From Blepharisma stoltei ATCC 30299 (lineage: Eukaryota; Protista; Ciliophora): a DNA stretch of 64,000 nucleotides. Within the stretch, counting starts at the first letter, position 1. Every line of letters begins with the position of its first letter. The position numbers were made by a program, and so were the translations under genes. The notes beneath the pieces are model-generated. The model made no database searches and was not told the origin of the DNA. It was given only the letters and a program-made list of their open reading frames with translations. This document shows, in pieces, positions 22,906 to 34,032 of this stretch. The stretch spans positions 62,001 through 126,000 of the forward strand of contig CBFDEM010000055.1 in the NCBI GenBank assembly GCA_965603825.1. The letters are read 5' to 3'.

Positions 22906-25413
22906 ATGGAAGTCAAGTCTCCTTCTTTATTTAGCAAAACTCTTATTCTCACCTACAAGAATTTTAAAATTCTCTTAGGCTCCAAAATATCAGCCTCCTT
23001 TTATTTGATTTCACCAGTTTTGCTCTGCATAATGATGCTTTACCAACAAACTATTGCAACTAATTATGTGAATTCAGAAGAGATAATTAATCCGAAAATC
23101 TATAACGTCAATAAAATCCCGAAGTGCACTGAGCCTGATTGTTCAACACTAGCATTTGGGTTTACTCATGGCACAACAAATTGAACAAACTATACAATTA
23201 ATCATATCTCGAAAACTAGCAATTTTGCCATAGGGTCTGATATTATTTCTTACCCAAATCTTAATCAGACTGAATTTGTGGATATACTGAATAAGCAAGA
23301 GAGAAGGTCTCAGATAGGGGTGCTATTTTGTACAAATACAATAAAAATAGGAGAAAATGAAGTACCTTGCGGAACACCTAATACTAATTCAACAAGTCTA
23401 ATCTATGCAATTATCTACAATTTCACAGGAGCAAACCCTTTCTTTATGCTTTATAATATTAATGAGTATAATATCCAGCAAGAAATTATAGCAACAAAAT
23501 TAGCTTTAGACCAAGGGTTATTATCATTTGCATCATATGATCATTCTAACGAAAATAGTGAGATTGAGCTTTCTATTCAGCCTTTTCCTTCAACAGCCCA
23601 CAGATTTTTACAAAAATATAATGTCGTTGCTAGTGTTGGGTCACTCTATCTTTTACTCCCTGGAGTGTTTATAATGTCCCTTATAGTCCAAGAAGTCGTC
23701 AAGGAAAAATCGCAATATTTGAAAATTTATTTGCATTTATATGGAGCCTCCTCTATTTCTTATTGGCTTTCTTGAAGCTCAATAGGAGTCATCCTTTCTC
23801 TGATATCAGGAAATTTATTTGTGATTTTTGGGAAAATTTGTGGGTTTGACGAGTTTACAAAAACTCCATACATGCTGCTTGCTATTGTTATTGCATCTTT
23901 AAATATTGATATGATGCTTATGGGATGCTGGGCTTCTACAATGATTAAAACGAGAAATATGGCTTATTCTGCGATTTTTGCATTTTTATTAGTAGGGTTC
24001 TGTTTGCAGGTGATAGTTAGTAGCCCAATTCTAATAATGTATTTGAATTTGAATGATTCCGCAGCATGGGTAACTTGCATAAAATATGCTCTGTATATGT
24101 ATCCTCCATTTCATATGGCTATGATATTTGTTAGGATAACTAAAACAGCTGGTAGTCACTGAGATAAAGAGCTCTTAACTTGGGTCGAAGGGACTTCCTA
24201 CACCTGGGATGATCTATATAAACAATTTCAAGGCCAATATAAGGATTTGCATTTTACTTTAACATCGCCATGGTTTTCTCTAGTATTCTTATGGGGATTA
24301 TTTTTATTTTATTCAATATTGACTTTATATTTTGATTCCATCATAAAACACAATAAACCCAAAACACAGTAAAATCTATATAGACACCCCTTATTTTTTC
24401 TCAATTTTTTAAAATGCTGTACTAAAAACAACACTAAAGAAAGACTAAGAAAATCCCTATTATATGACTCAGATAAATTGAGAATTATAAATTTGTCAAA
24501 AACTTACCATTCCTACTGGAGCAAAAATCATATAAAAGCTGTTGATAATTTTTGTTTAGATTTAAATAAAGATGAAATTGTGGGAATTATTGGCCAAAAT
24601 GGAGCAGGAAAATCAACTCTGCTTTCTATGCTAATTGGATGCTTAGTTCCTACCTCTGGGACTGCTGCTTTAGGAGATCTGGATTTGTTAGAAAATGGCC
24701 TTGGATTTATCGGATATTGCCCTCAACAGAATATTTTGTGGGACAATTTATCAGGAGAAGAGCATATTTATATTTTTAGCTGGCTTAGAGGTGTTGAGTA
24801 TAGCCACAATATCCTAAAAAGTGTTAATTTAGAAGAAAGCAAAGACGTGACAGCAAATTGCTATAGTGGCGGCATGAAACGGAGACTTTCCCTCGCTATT
24901 TCAAGTTTAGGGAGCCCAAAAATTATTCTAATGGACGAGCCTACAACTGGTTTAGACCCAATCAATAAAAGGCAAGTCTGAAAAATTATTTGCAATTTAA
25001 AGCAAGGCCGCATAGTAGCCATGACTACACATTCAATGGAAGAAGCTGAAAATTTATCAGATAGAGTTGTGGTTATGTCAAAAGGCAAATTAAAAGCTGA
25101 GGGAACTCCTATGCTTTTAAAATCGACTTATTCGACTGAATATACATTTCATGTGACTTCCAGCCATCAAGACACTCTTACACAAATAATTCGGCAGAAA
25201 TTTCCCAGTGTAAAAATTAAGACGTCATCTATGAAAATTATTGTGTCTATTTATGAAGGATCTCCAGAAGTTAAAAATATGGTAAAGTTTATAGAAAATT
25301 CTGAATTGGTGACTTCATGATCTATTTCACAGGATAGCCTAGATAAAATACTTTCTATGCTTTCTCATGAAAGTTTGGAAAATAATTTTGAGTTAAAAGA
25401 AAAAATTAATTAA
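22906..25413 (+). CDS. ABCA-subfamily ABC transporter (half-size, one TMD + one NBD)
   Basis: Five track ORFs joined by TGA=Trp and a 15-nt intron (24369-24383). Motifs: VVKEKS...YWLSW, GQNGAGKST, GYCPQQNILW, YSGGMKRRLS, MDEPTTGLDP, TTHSMEEAE. Confidence 0.92.
24369..24383 (+). other. 15-nt intron GTAAAATCTATATAG
   Basis: Removal deletes an in-frame TAA and gives KTQ|HPLFFL. Confidence 0.9.
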
Positions 25414-25442
25414 ATTAATTCTTGCTTTTTATGAAATATTTC

Positions 25443-26357
25443 TTAATCATACCTTAATATAGTTAGGAGGAAAAGCCCGAAAGCGGTTCCTAGTGATATA
25501 AGCCATTTTCTTTTGTTTTCAAGTTTTTCTTCTTTTAAAGTTTTAACTTTTATTAAAGATTCATAATCGTCCTGTGCTTTAATGGCTTGCTCTTCAATTA
25601 TTTTAAGTTCGTTTTCTAAATTTTCTAATTCTTTATTTTCATTTTCATATTTTTTAACTCTTTCTTCAACTAAAAGCAGCTCTTCTCTTATAGAACCACT
25701 AACTGATAATTCCTTTTTTGGGGATTCCGCTTCGAAATTTCTCTCAAATCTTTTCAGTTTTTCCTCATATATTTTTTCTTCCTTTTCAAGATTGCCCATC
25801 ATTTTTTCAAGTTTTTCAATTTTTCTCTTTAAACCACCTAATTCTGTCTTATAAAACTCAATTTTCTTTTGAATAATACTTATATCATTTTTCAGCTCCC
25901 TTACCCTAATTTCTTTCTCACAAGTCTCAGTTTTTATATCTATATCCCTACTCTTTTCTTTTATTTTATTTGACTTAACTGTGTTTTCATAATTTTTTTG
26001 TTCTAAACTCTCAATGCGCTCTTTAGCTTTATTCAATTGAGCAATAATCCTATGCTTTTGCTTTAAAGTTCTATTAAAAAAATCCTCCAAATCCTTTATT
26101 TCATCATTCAGCCTATTAGAAAAATATTTTTCATTGATTTGCTCTAATCTTTTTTCTTTAGGCTTAACACAATCATAATTGATTTTATAAAAAATTTCTT
26201 TTAATTCCTCAATTTTCTCCTTTTTAAAGCTCTTTTTCATATCAAGATTCGCTATTTCTTTTAATGATTTTTCTTTTGTTTCTTCTAATTCTCTGACGAC
26301 TCTGCAATAGTCTGCATAGTCCTTTTTGTAAAAAGGAAGTATTCCTGGATTATCCAT
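25443..26357 (-). CDS. Coiled-coil protein with C-terminal TM (tail-anchored)
   Basis: E/K-rich heptads ending in WLISLGTAFGLFLLTIL. Confidence 0.8.
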   Translation of the reverse strand: MDNPGILPFYKKDYADYCRVVRELEETKEKSLKEIANLDMKKSFKKEKIEELKEIFYKINYDCVKPKEKRLEQINEKYFSNRLNDEIKDLEDFFNRTLKQKHRIIAQLNKAKERIESLEQKNYENTVKSNKIKEKSRDIDIKTETCEKEIRVRELKNDISIIQKKIEFYKTELGGLKRKIEKLEKMMGNLEKEEKIYEEKLKRFERNFEAESPKKELSVSGSIREELLLVEERVKKYENENKELENLENELKIIEEQAIKAQDDYESLIKVKTLKEEKLENKRKWLISLGTAFGLFLLTILRYD

Positions 26358-26371
26358 TTATTTTTATAATT

Positions 26372-27781
26372 TTAAACAAAGAATTTGGTTCTTTTTCTCT
26401 CTAATGGAATTGAATACGGGCTTTTCTTCAGTGCAGCGTCACTTGAACTCCTTCCCATGACTGTTGGAGCTTTACTTTTTTGAGCTGATATTGACTTTTT
26501 ACGTTGTAAAGGCTTCTTTACTTCAGGCTTATTTAAAAAAATCGGTTTTGCTTCATCAATAGATGACCTTCGCTTTATGTTTGGCTTTAAGTTTCCAGCA
26601 GGAAGACTTTTTCTCATTGGTGGAGGAGCATCGCGAATTATGATTCTTTTATTTACAAAAGTTTTTTTTGCTTCTTCTTTTCTAATTACATGAATCTCTT
26701 CATCGCTGCTTATCCGAATATTTTCATCTGGCCCTCCATACCTATATTTATCAATATGATTTGATATTTTTATCATATTTCATCGCTTTTCTGGATTTTT
26801 TTGAAAAATATTTGTGAGTAAATGCCTCCAATGAGGAGAAACTGAGTCAGGCAGTGGTGGATAAGTTACATTAATAATATTTTGGACTACTTGAGCTACT
26901 GTGTTGCCTTGGAATGGGAGGTTTCCAGTCAGCAATGCATATAAAATGCAACCTAAGCTTCATATATCAAGCGCTGGGGATGCTCTGTTATCACTCCTCG
27001 AAATCACTTCTGGAGCTGTGTACAATAAGCTTCCCGAATCTGACTTTTCTCCTTTCCCACTAATGCTAAACATCCCTGCAATTCCGAAATCCACAATTTT
27101 TATGGTATTTTTATTCTGGTTTGAAAAAAGAACGTTTTCTAGCTTCAAGTCTCTATGTATAACTTTATTGTTATGGCAGTACCTTACTGCGTCAATTATT
27201 TGTGAGCCTAAATTAAAAACTTCTTCTTCCTTTAGCGCTCCTTTGTCTTCGACATATTTTTGCAGCTCTCCTCCACTGCAGTATTCCATCACAAAACAAA
27301 GCTGCTGGTCCAAAGGAAATGCATCAATTAATTTAACGATATTTGGATGTCTTAGACTTCTTAATAAGACCATCTCTGCGTAAACTCTACTTACATCTTC
27401 ATGTGAGACCAAAGTTTTATAGCTAACAAACTTTATTGCTACTTCTTCTTTCGTTAATTTGTTCTTATAAAGGACCACCGATCCAAAACCGCCTTCTCCT
27501 AATTTTTTAATTTCATCATAAATAGCCATACTTGACTGGCGCAAGAATTCTTCTCCACGAGATAAGAATAATGGCTCATCTGGGTTCAGCATTTCCATAT
27601 CGTCATCTGATATCTCTTCTCCTGTTGAATCAAAAATTTTGAAAGATCTTTTAGTGCGAAGGCTTAATTTTTCAGATGATTCTGCGATTAAATCGGTTAC
27701 ATTCATGTTTGATCGAATAGGAACTTTACATTTTTGTGTCAAGTGGCCATTGAGAAATACTGTTATCTCAATCTTTTCCAT
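26372..27781 (-). CDS. CAMK-group (AMPK/MARK-like) Ser/Thr kinase with N-terminal ubiquitin-like module
   Basis: LGEGGFGSV, VAIK, HRDLKLEN, DFG, YTAPE, DIW(TGA)SLGCILY. A second TGA near 26780. Confidence 0.92.
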
Positions 27782-27892
27782 TATTTTTTTAATCGATGAT
27801 TTTAAGACAGGTTATGAATTAAAATGCTGGCTTTTAAACTACTTTATTATAAAGAAACGAATTGTATTTTATTGCATAAAAATTTGCATAAT

Positions 27893-29338
27893 ATGGACTT
27901 AGACTTTAAAATTCTAAAGCAATCACCGCTATCTTCATGGGACTCAGAGTCCACAACCAAGGTCGCCCGCACCTTTGATTTAAGAAAAAGAAGCACATCA
28001 GAAAAAGCTTTAAAAACTGCTGAAGCAACTGCAAAAGATAATCGACGTGACAAAAGATATGGATTTCAAAGGGACACTTTCACAAGTAGCATTGCCAGTG
28101 AGTTCACCACTTCTATGAACGATTTTCTGAAAAGTTCAGCTGAGCTTCAAAGCGAATTCCACCGCTTGTCTGATGCAAGTCGAAATGCGACATCAAGAAA
28201 ATCAAATCCTTCGTTAAATATAGTAAATCGCAACTTTTACCCTAGTATATCAGAAGGATCAATTGAAAGCCCGAGATATCCGATAAAAGATGACCTTAGA
28301 ATTATCCAGCCCAGCAATTTAGCTAGTAAAATCAGCAGCCCAAGGATGGAAGGTGGTTATGACAGTGTTGCTGAAAAACTTTTAACTGTTTTAGCAGAGC
28401 CAAAAAGACCGTCACCTGTCCCAAAACTTAACCAAGTCTGCAACTCAGCAAGAAATTCCACACCAGTCCAATATAAAGATGATGGAGTCCTACCGACCCC
28501 ACGCACAACTGTCAAAATGTGGGAACAAGCCAAATTATCCCATGAAGAAGAAATTTTCGGGTCATTTTTAAAGCGAAATTTTGACTCAAATTCAGAAGAA
28601 GACGTTTTGATTTTGGGAATCATTTTTATGTATGAAGAGCAAAAAAAGATTTTGCAGAGGGAGATCAGAAGACATCAAAATGAATTAGTCAATAAAGAAC
28701 CAAGCAGCTGTGAAGCCCATGAAAAGAAAATAAAAAGACTGGAAAACCAGAACCAAGACTTGAAACAGGAAAATATGAGGCTAAAATATGATCTGACTCA
28801 GCATAAGGATGAAAGCAGATCTTTAGAAACTACTTTGACGCAAAGCAAGGAAAAAGATATTTTACAAAAACTGACAGATATTTTGGAGACTGGGGCAGAG
28901 CACCTGCCTGAGCAAGCAGCAAAGCTGAAGTCACAAATTAAAAATGCAGAACTGGTAACGTACTCAATAATGAGAATGGCAAATGAATTATCGCTGCATG
29001 GGGATCCAAATGAGCTGAGCTCAGTTATTGAGGAAATTCAGTGCTTTGTGTATTCTTTGCAAAATGAGCATAAAGAAATAGAAAAATTTGTACATGAAAT
29101 TTCAAAGACCTTAAATGTAAGCCAAGATCTTAATCAAATTTTAAATGCGTGCAGAGCAGTGCCTTATATGAAAAAATTATTTAATTTCCAAGATGATCTT
29201 ATTACCAGTATAGATTCGCTATTTTTGAGGACGCATGAGATACAGTCTTTCTCGCAGTTTATGAAGAGAAAACTGAAAATGCATCCTTCTGCTTCTTTAA
29301 GTGAAGTTCTTGAAAAATTACGAGACTGTGTGCATTAA
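27893..29338 (+). CDS. Hypothetical coiled-coil protein
   Basis: Long open frame. Probable start is MDLDF at 27893, with an alternative ATG at 27824. Confidence 0.8.
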   Translation: MDLDFKILKQSPLSSWDSESTTKVARTFDLRKRSTSEKALKTAEATAKDNRRDKRYGFQRDTFTSSIASEFTTSMNDFLKSSAELQSEFHRLSDASRNATSRKSNPSLNIVNRNFYPSISEGSIESPRYPIKDDLRIIQPSNLASKISSPRMEGGYDSVAEKLLTVLAEPKRPSPVPKLNQVCNSARNSTPVQYKDDGVLPTPRTTVKMWEQAKLSHEEEIFGSFLKRNFDSNSEEDVLILGIIFMYEEQKKILQREIRRHQNELVNKEPSSCEAHEKKIKRLENQNQDLKQENMRLKYDLTQHKDESRSLETTLTQSKEKDILQKLTDILETGAEHLPEQAAKLKSQIKNAELVTYSIMRMANELSLHGDPNELSSVIEEIQCFVYSLQNEHKEIEKFVHEISKTLNVSQDLNQILNACRAVPYMKKLFNFQDDLITSIDSLFLRTHEIQSFSQFMKRKLKMHPSASLSEVLEKLRDCVH

Positions 29339-29514
29339 AACTTAATATTTGCAAATTTGAAAGATAAAAATTAATGAATCATATTTTAATTATTATTTAT
29401 TGTAATGTTTCGTATAAGATGCTTTTTGATTATTAATATTTTAAGATAATTTTAATAGAATGAATATTTAAAGAAAATTTTAAAAATATTTTTCAACAAT
29501 TAGATTGATAACTA

Positions 29515-31776
29515 ATGGAGACCAGATCAGAGACACTGATTTATGCTACTCAACAGAAGAAAAAACGACTTCTATCTTCTAAAGCTAGCCTAAGCCTTTT
29601 TACTGTCACATCATCAGTAAAAATCACAAAGCTATTTATTGCCAAAGTACTTGCAAGAGATATTCCTAAGCTAAAAACTGTCAATTTAATAGAGAACAAC
29701 TATTACAATAAAATCAACTTTATGCAAGATATAGAAATTATCACAATTCTTATACCGCTTTTGACATATAATTTACAAGAAGATTTATGTTTTATCATTA
29801 AAATGTCAAATAAGTCAAATTTAATAAATTTGGCTGCATCTAACTCAATTTTTATATTAAATAGAGCAGGTTTTGAATTCAGGAATTTAGATTTTAGAGG
29901 GATTAATATTCAAGGAGTAAATTTATCAGAAAGCTTGTTTTTTAACGTTAACTTTGAAGGAAGCTGCCTTGAGAAAGCTAATTTTAGTCAAGCAAAGCTA
30001 TACAGTTGCAATTTTAAAAACTGCAACTTTGCAGGCGCGATATTTAGCAATTTTCAAACAATAAGGGAACATGAAAGTTCAATTAAAAATGTCATAGTTT
30101 CAAAAAATGGCGAATTTTGGCTTATATGTAGCTTTAAAGATACAATATTATGAGATGTAAATAAAAATACTCAGCTCTTTTCATTTGATTTTGTATGTGA
30201 GAGTGCTGCCTTTTCACCATGCAACAATTTAATCGTTCTTATGGATTATATAAGTAAGAGATTTATAAATTGAGATGGAAAATCGATAAAAATATGTGAA
30301 AAAGAAGATAAAATTTTTAATATTGGAAAGCATTTATGTAATGTGGCGTTTTCTCCTTGTGGAAAATATATTGCTTTTAGAGGTATGGAATTTATTGAAT
30401 TGAATGATTCAGTTAATTATAATATTTATAAAGGGTGAGTAACACACACTAATAGTTCGATTGCATTTACTAAATGCGGGAAATTTATCGTTTTTGGGAG
30501 TTATAATTGAATTAAGCAGATATCAGTCGAGAATGGAAGATGTGATGATATATTCAAAGTAAATGGTGTACCAAATATTCTTGAATTTTCGCCAAATTAT
30601 AAATATTTATGCTGCAATGGCGATTTTCTTTACATAATAAACTTTGAAACTAAAGAGTTAATATTTAGAGAAGACTGGATACAATTAACATTTCGTAGCT
30701 TGATTTGTTGGTCGCCATGCGAAGATATGGTGGCGTTTTCCGATTGAAGTGGATTGCGTTTATTTGATATTGAAAAACAAGCAATTATTGCTCAATTAAG
30801 AGTAAACTCCAGCATCTTTAGATCTATTTGCTATTCTAAGAATAGCAAAAGTGTATTGATAAGTTATCAAGATGGATGATTGAAACTATGAGACTTGGAA
30901 AGCCAAAAAGATCAAAAGCAAATTGATGTAATTGAAAATTATGTGATTGCAGTTGCATTCTCTCGGTGTGAACAGTATTTATATAGAGTTACGAGTGAGT
31001 CAGCAATTGATAAGTACAATATAGACAGTAAATCCTTTGAAACAATAATTAAAGGCAATAAAAAGAAAAAAATCTCTTGTGCTGCGTTTTCTAATTGCAA
31101 AACATATTGTGCTCTAGGGCTTGATGGTAACTCAATAGAATTATGAAATCTGGATACAGGGCAGCTATACATAGCTTTTAAAGAAAACACAAAATTTATT
31201 TATTCATTGACTTTTTCTTCATCAGGAGTATTTTTATTTTCAGTACATAATTTTTCTATTATTATATGAAACCTTGAGCAAAGAAAATCCATAGCAAAGC
31301 TTGAACATGATACAAAGATTTTAGCTATTTCTCCAAACGAAAAATATTTTGCATCTTCGCATAACGAAGTTACACTTATATGAAAAAAAGACCGACGCTA
31401 TAATATGATTAACCACTTTCGGCATAATCGTTGATCAGTAACTGCATTAGCGTTTTCTTATTGCAGCAATTTTTTATTTACCGGAAATGCTAAAGGATAT
31501 ATTATTATGTGGGATTTTATAAATAAGAAAAAATTAAATGAATTTTCTGCTCACAAGACATCTGTAGAATACTTAATTACTACTCCTAAAGGCTTGGTGA
31601 TAGGAATGAATACCCAAATAGTGTTGTGGGATGATAAAACTAATGAAAAAATTAATGAAATTGAAATAAAACTCGAAAGCGTGAATAATTTTGCGACGAC
31701 AAAGTCTGGGGATTGAGTTGCTTTCGGAGGTTTGCATAATACTGTTAAGATGTGTAGGCTATCAGAAAAAAATTAA
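29515..31776 (+). CDS. Pentapeptide-repeat + WD40 protein, copy A (753 aa)
   Basis: One continuous frame when TGA=Trp. AASNSIFILNRAGFEFRNLDFRGINIQGVNLS pentapeptide block, then many WD blades (AFSPCGKY, LKLWDLE). Confidence 0.88.
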
Positions 31777-31854
31777 TTTTATTAAGATGCCTTCTTCGAA
31801 GGTTTTAGAACTCTATTAATATAAATATTTTATGCCACAATTAAATTAAAATTA

Positions 31855-32015
31855 ATGAAATTTAAAGTGCAACAGCAAGCAGCACATATTATTTCTCAGA
31901 AAAATAAATCTTTTTTAGTCTAGAGGTAAAATTTAGCATACTAGCTTCATCTATCTCTAAAAATAATGTGAAATTATTTATTGCTAGAGTCATCATAAGA
32001 AGTATTCCTAAATAG
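31855..32015 (+). pseudogene. Truncated, frameshifted 5' fragment of the B-type gene
   Basis: Matches 34033-34190 but carries a 1-nt deletion giving TAG, and ends after SIPK. Confidence 0.8.
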
Positions 32016-32028
32016 TTTTCCATAATTA

Positions 32029-33953
32029 ATGGATACCAGATCAAAAACACCGATTTATGCTACTCAACTGAAGAAAAAAGACTTTTATCTTCTAAAGCTA
32101 GCCTAAGCCTTTTTACTGCCACATCATCAGTAAAAAACATAAAGCTATTTATTGCCAAAGTACTTGAAAGAGATATTCCTAGCTCCCCTTTGACTAGTTA
32201 GTAAGCAAATTCATAAAATCTCAGCAATTTTCAAACAATAAAGAAACATGAAAATTCTGTCAAAAATATAATAGTTTCAAAAAATGGTGAATTTTGACTT
32301 ATAAGTAGTTTTAAAGATACAATACTGTGAGATGTAAGCAAAAAAACTCAGCTCTTTTCATTTGATTTTTCATGTGAGAGTGCTGCCTTTTCACCATGCA
32401 AAAATTTAATCGTTCTTATGAGTTATAGAAGTAAGAGATTTATTAATTGAGATGGAAAATCGGTAAAATTATGTGAAAAAGAAGATAAAGCTTTGAACAT
32501 TGAAAATCATTTATATAGTGTGAAATTTTCTCCATGTGGAAAATATATAGCTTTTAGAGGTATAAATTTTATTGAATTGAATGATTCAGTTAATTATAAT
32601 ATTTATAAAAGGTGAGAAACAAACACTATAGGTTCGATGACATTTACTAAATGCGGAAAATTTATCATTTTTGGGATTCGTAATTGGATTAAGCAGATAT
32701 CAGTCGAGAATGGAAGATGCGATAATATATTCAAAATAGATGATGCACCAACTATTCTTGAATTTTCTCCAAATTATAAATATTTATGCTGCAATGGCGA
32801 TTTTCTTTACATAATAAACTTTGAAACTAAAGAGTTAATATTTAGAGAAAACTGGAATCGATTAAATTTTCGTGGATTGATTTGTTGGTTGTCATGTGAA
32901 GATAAAATGGCAATTGCCGATTGAAGTGGATTGCGTTTATTTGATGTTGAAAAACAAGCAATTATCGGTCAAATAAGACTAAACTTCAGCATCTTTAAAT
33001 CTATTTGCTATTCTGATAAACATAGAAGTGTATTGGTAAATTATAAAGATGGACGATTGAGACTATGAGACTTGGAAAGCCAAAAAGACCAAAAGCAAAT
33101 TGATGTAATTGAAAATTATGTGATTGCAGTTGCATTCTCTCGGTGTGAGCAGTATTTATATAGAGTTACGAATGAGTCAGCAATTGATAAGTACAATATA
33201 GACAGTAAATCCTTTGAAACAATAATTAAAGGTAATAAAAAGAAAAAAATCTCTTGTGCTGCGTTTTCTAATTGCAAAACATATTGTGCTCTAGGGCTTG
33301 ATGGTAACTCAATAGAATTATGAAATCTTGATACAAGGCAGCTATACATAGCTTTTAAAGAAGGCACCAAATTTATTCATTCATTGGCTTTTTCTTCATC
33401 AGGAGTATTTTTATTTTCAGTACATAATTTTTCTATTATTATATGAAACCTTGAGCAAAGAAAATCCATGGCAAAGCTTGAACATGATACAAAGATTTTA
33501 GCCGTTTCTCCTAACGAAAAATATTTTGCATCGTCGCATAACGAAGTTACACTTATATGAAAAAATGACCGTCACTATAATATGATTAACCACTTGCAGC
33601 ATAATCTTTGGTGAGTAACTGCATTAGCGTTTTCTAATTGTAGCAATTTTTTGTTTACAGGGAATGCTAAAGGATATATTATTATGTGGGATTTTATAAA
33701 TAAGAAAAAATTAAAAGAATTTTCTGATGATAAGACATCTATATGATACTTAATTATTACTCCTAGAGGCTTAATAGCAGGAATGAGTACCCAAATAGTG
33801 TTGTGGGATGACAAAACTAGTGAAAAAATTAATGAAATTGAAATAAAACTCGAAGGCGTGAATAATTTTGCGACGACAAAGTCTGGGGATTGAATTGCTT
33901 TCGGAAGTTTGCATAATACTGTTAAGATGTGTAGGCTATTAGAAAAAAATTAA
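32029..33953 (+). pseudogene. Copy A': 5' end broken, WD40 frame intact (pseudogene or WD40-only gene from ATG 32418)
   Basis: 1-nt deletion after MDTRSKTPIYATQLKKK. The pentapeptide region is replaced by a 38-nt filler. The frame is open from 32223 to TAA 33951-33953. Confidence 0.75.
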
Positions 33954-34032
33954 GTTTATTAAGATGCTTTCTTTGAAGACTTTAGAAATCTATTAATATA
34001 AACATTTTATGTCACAATTAAATTAAAAATTA

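Noticed and set aside
32201-32224. GTAAG...CAG 24-nt intron or IES within the A' filler
   Set aside because: The length does not fit the 15-16-nt class, and removal does not repair the upstream frameshift. No excision restoring copy A sequence is possible because 373 nt are missing.
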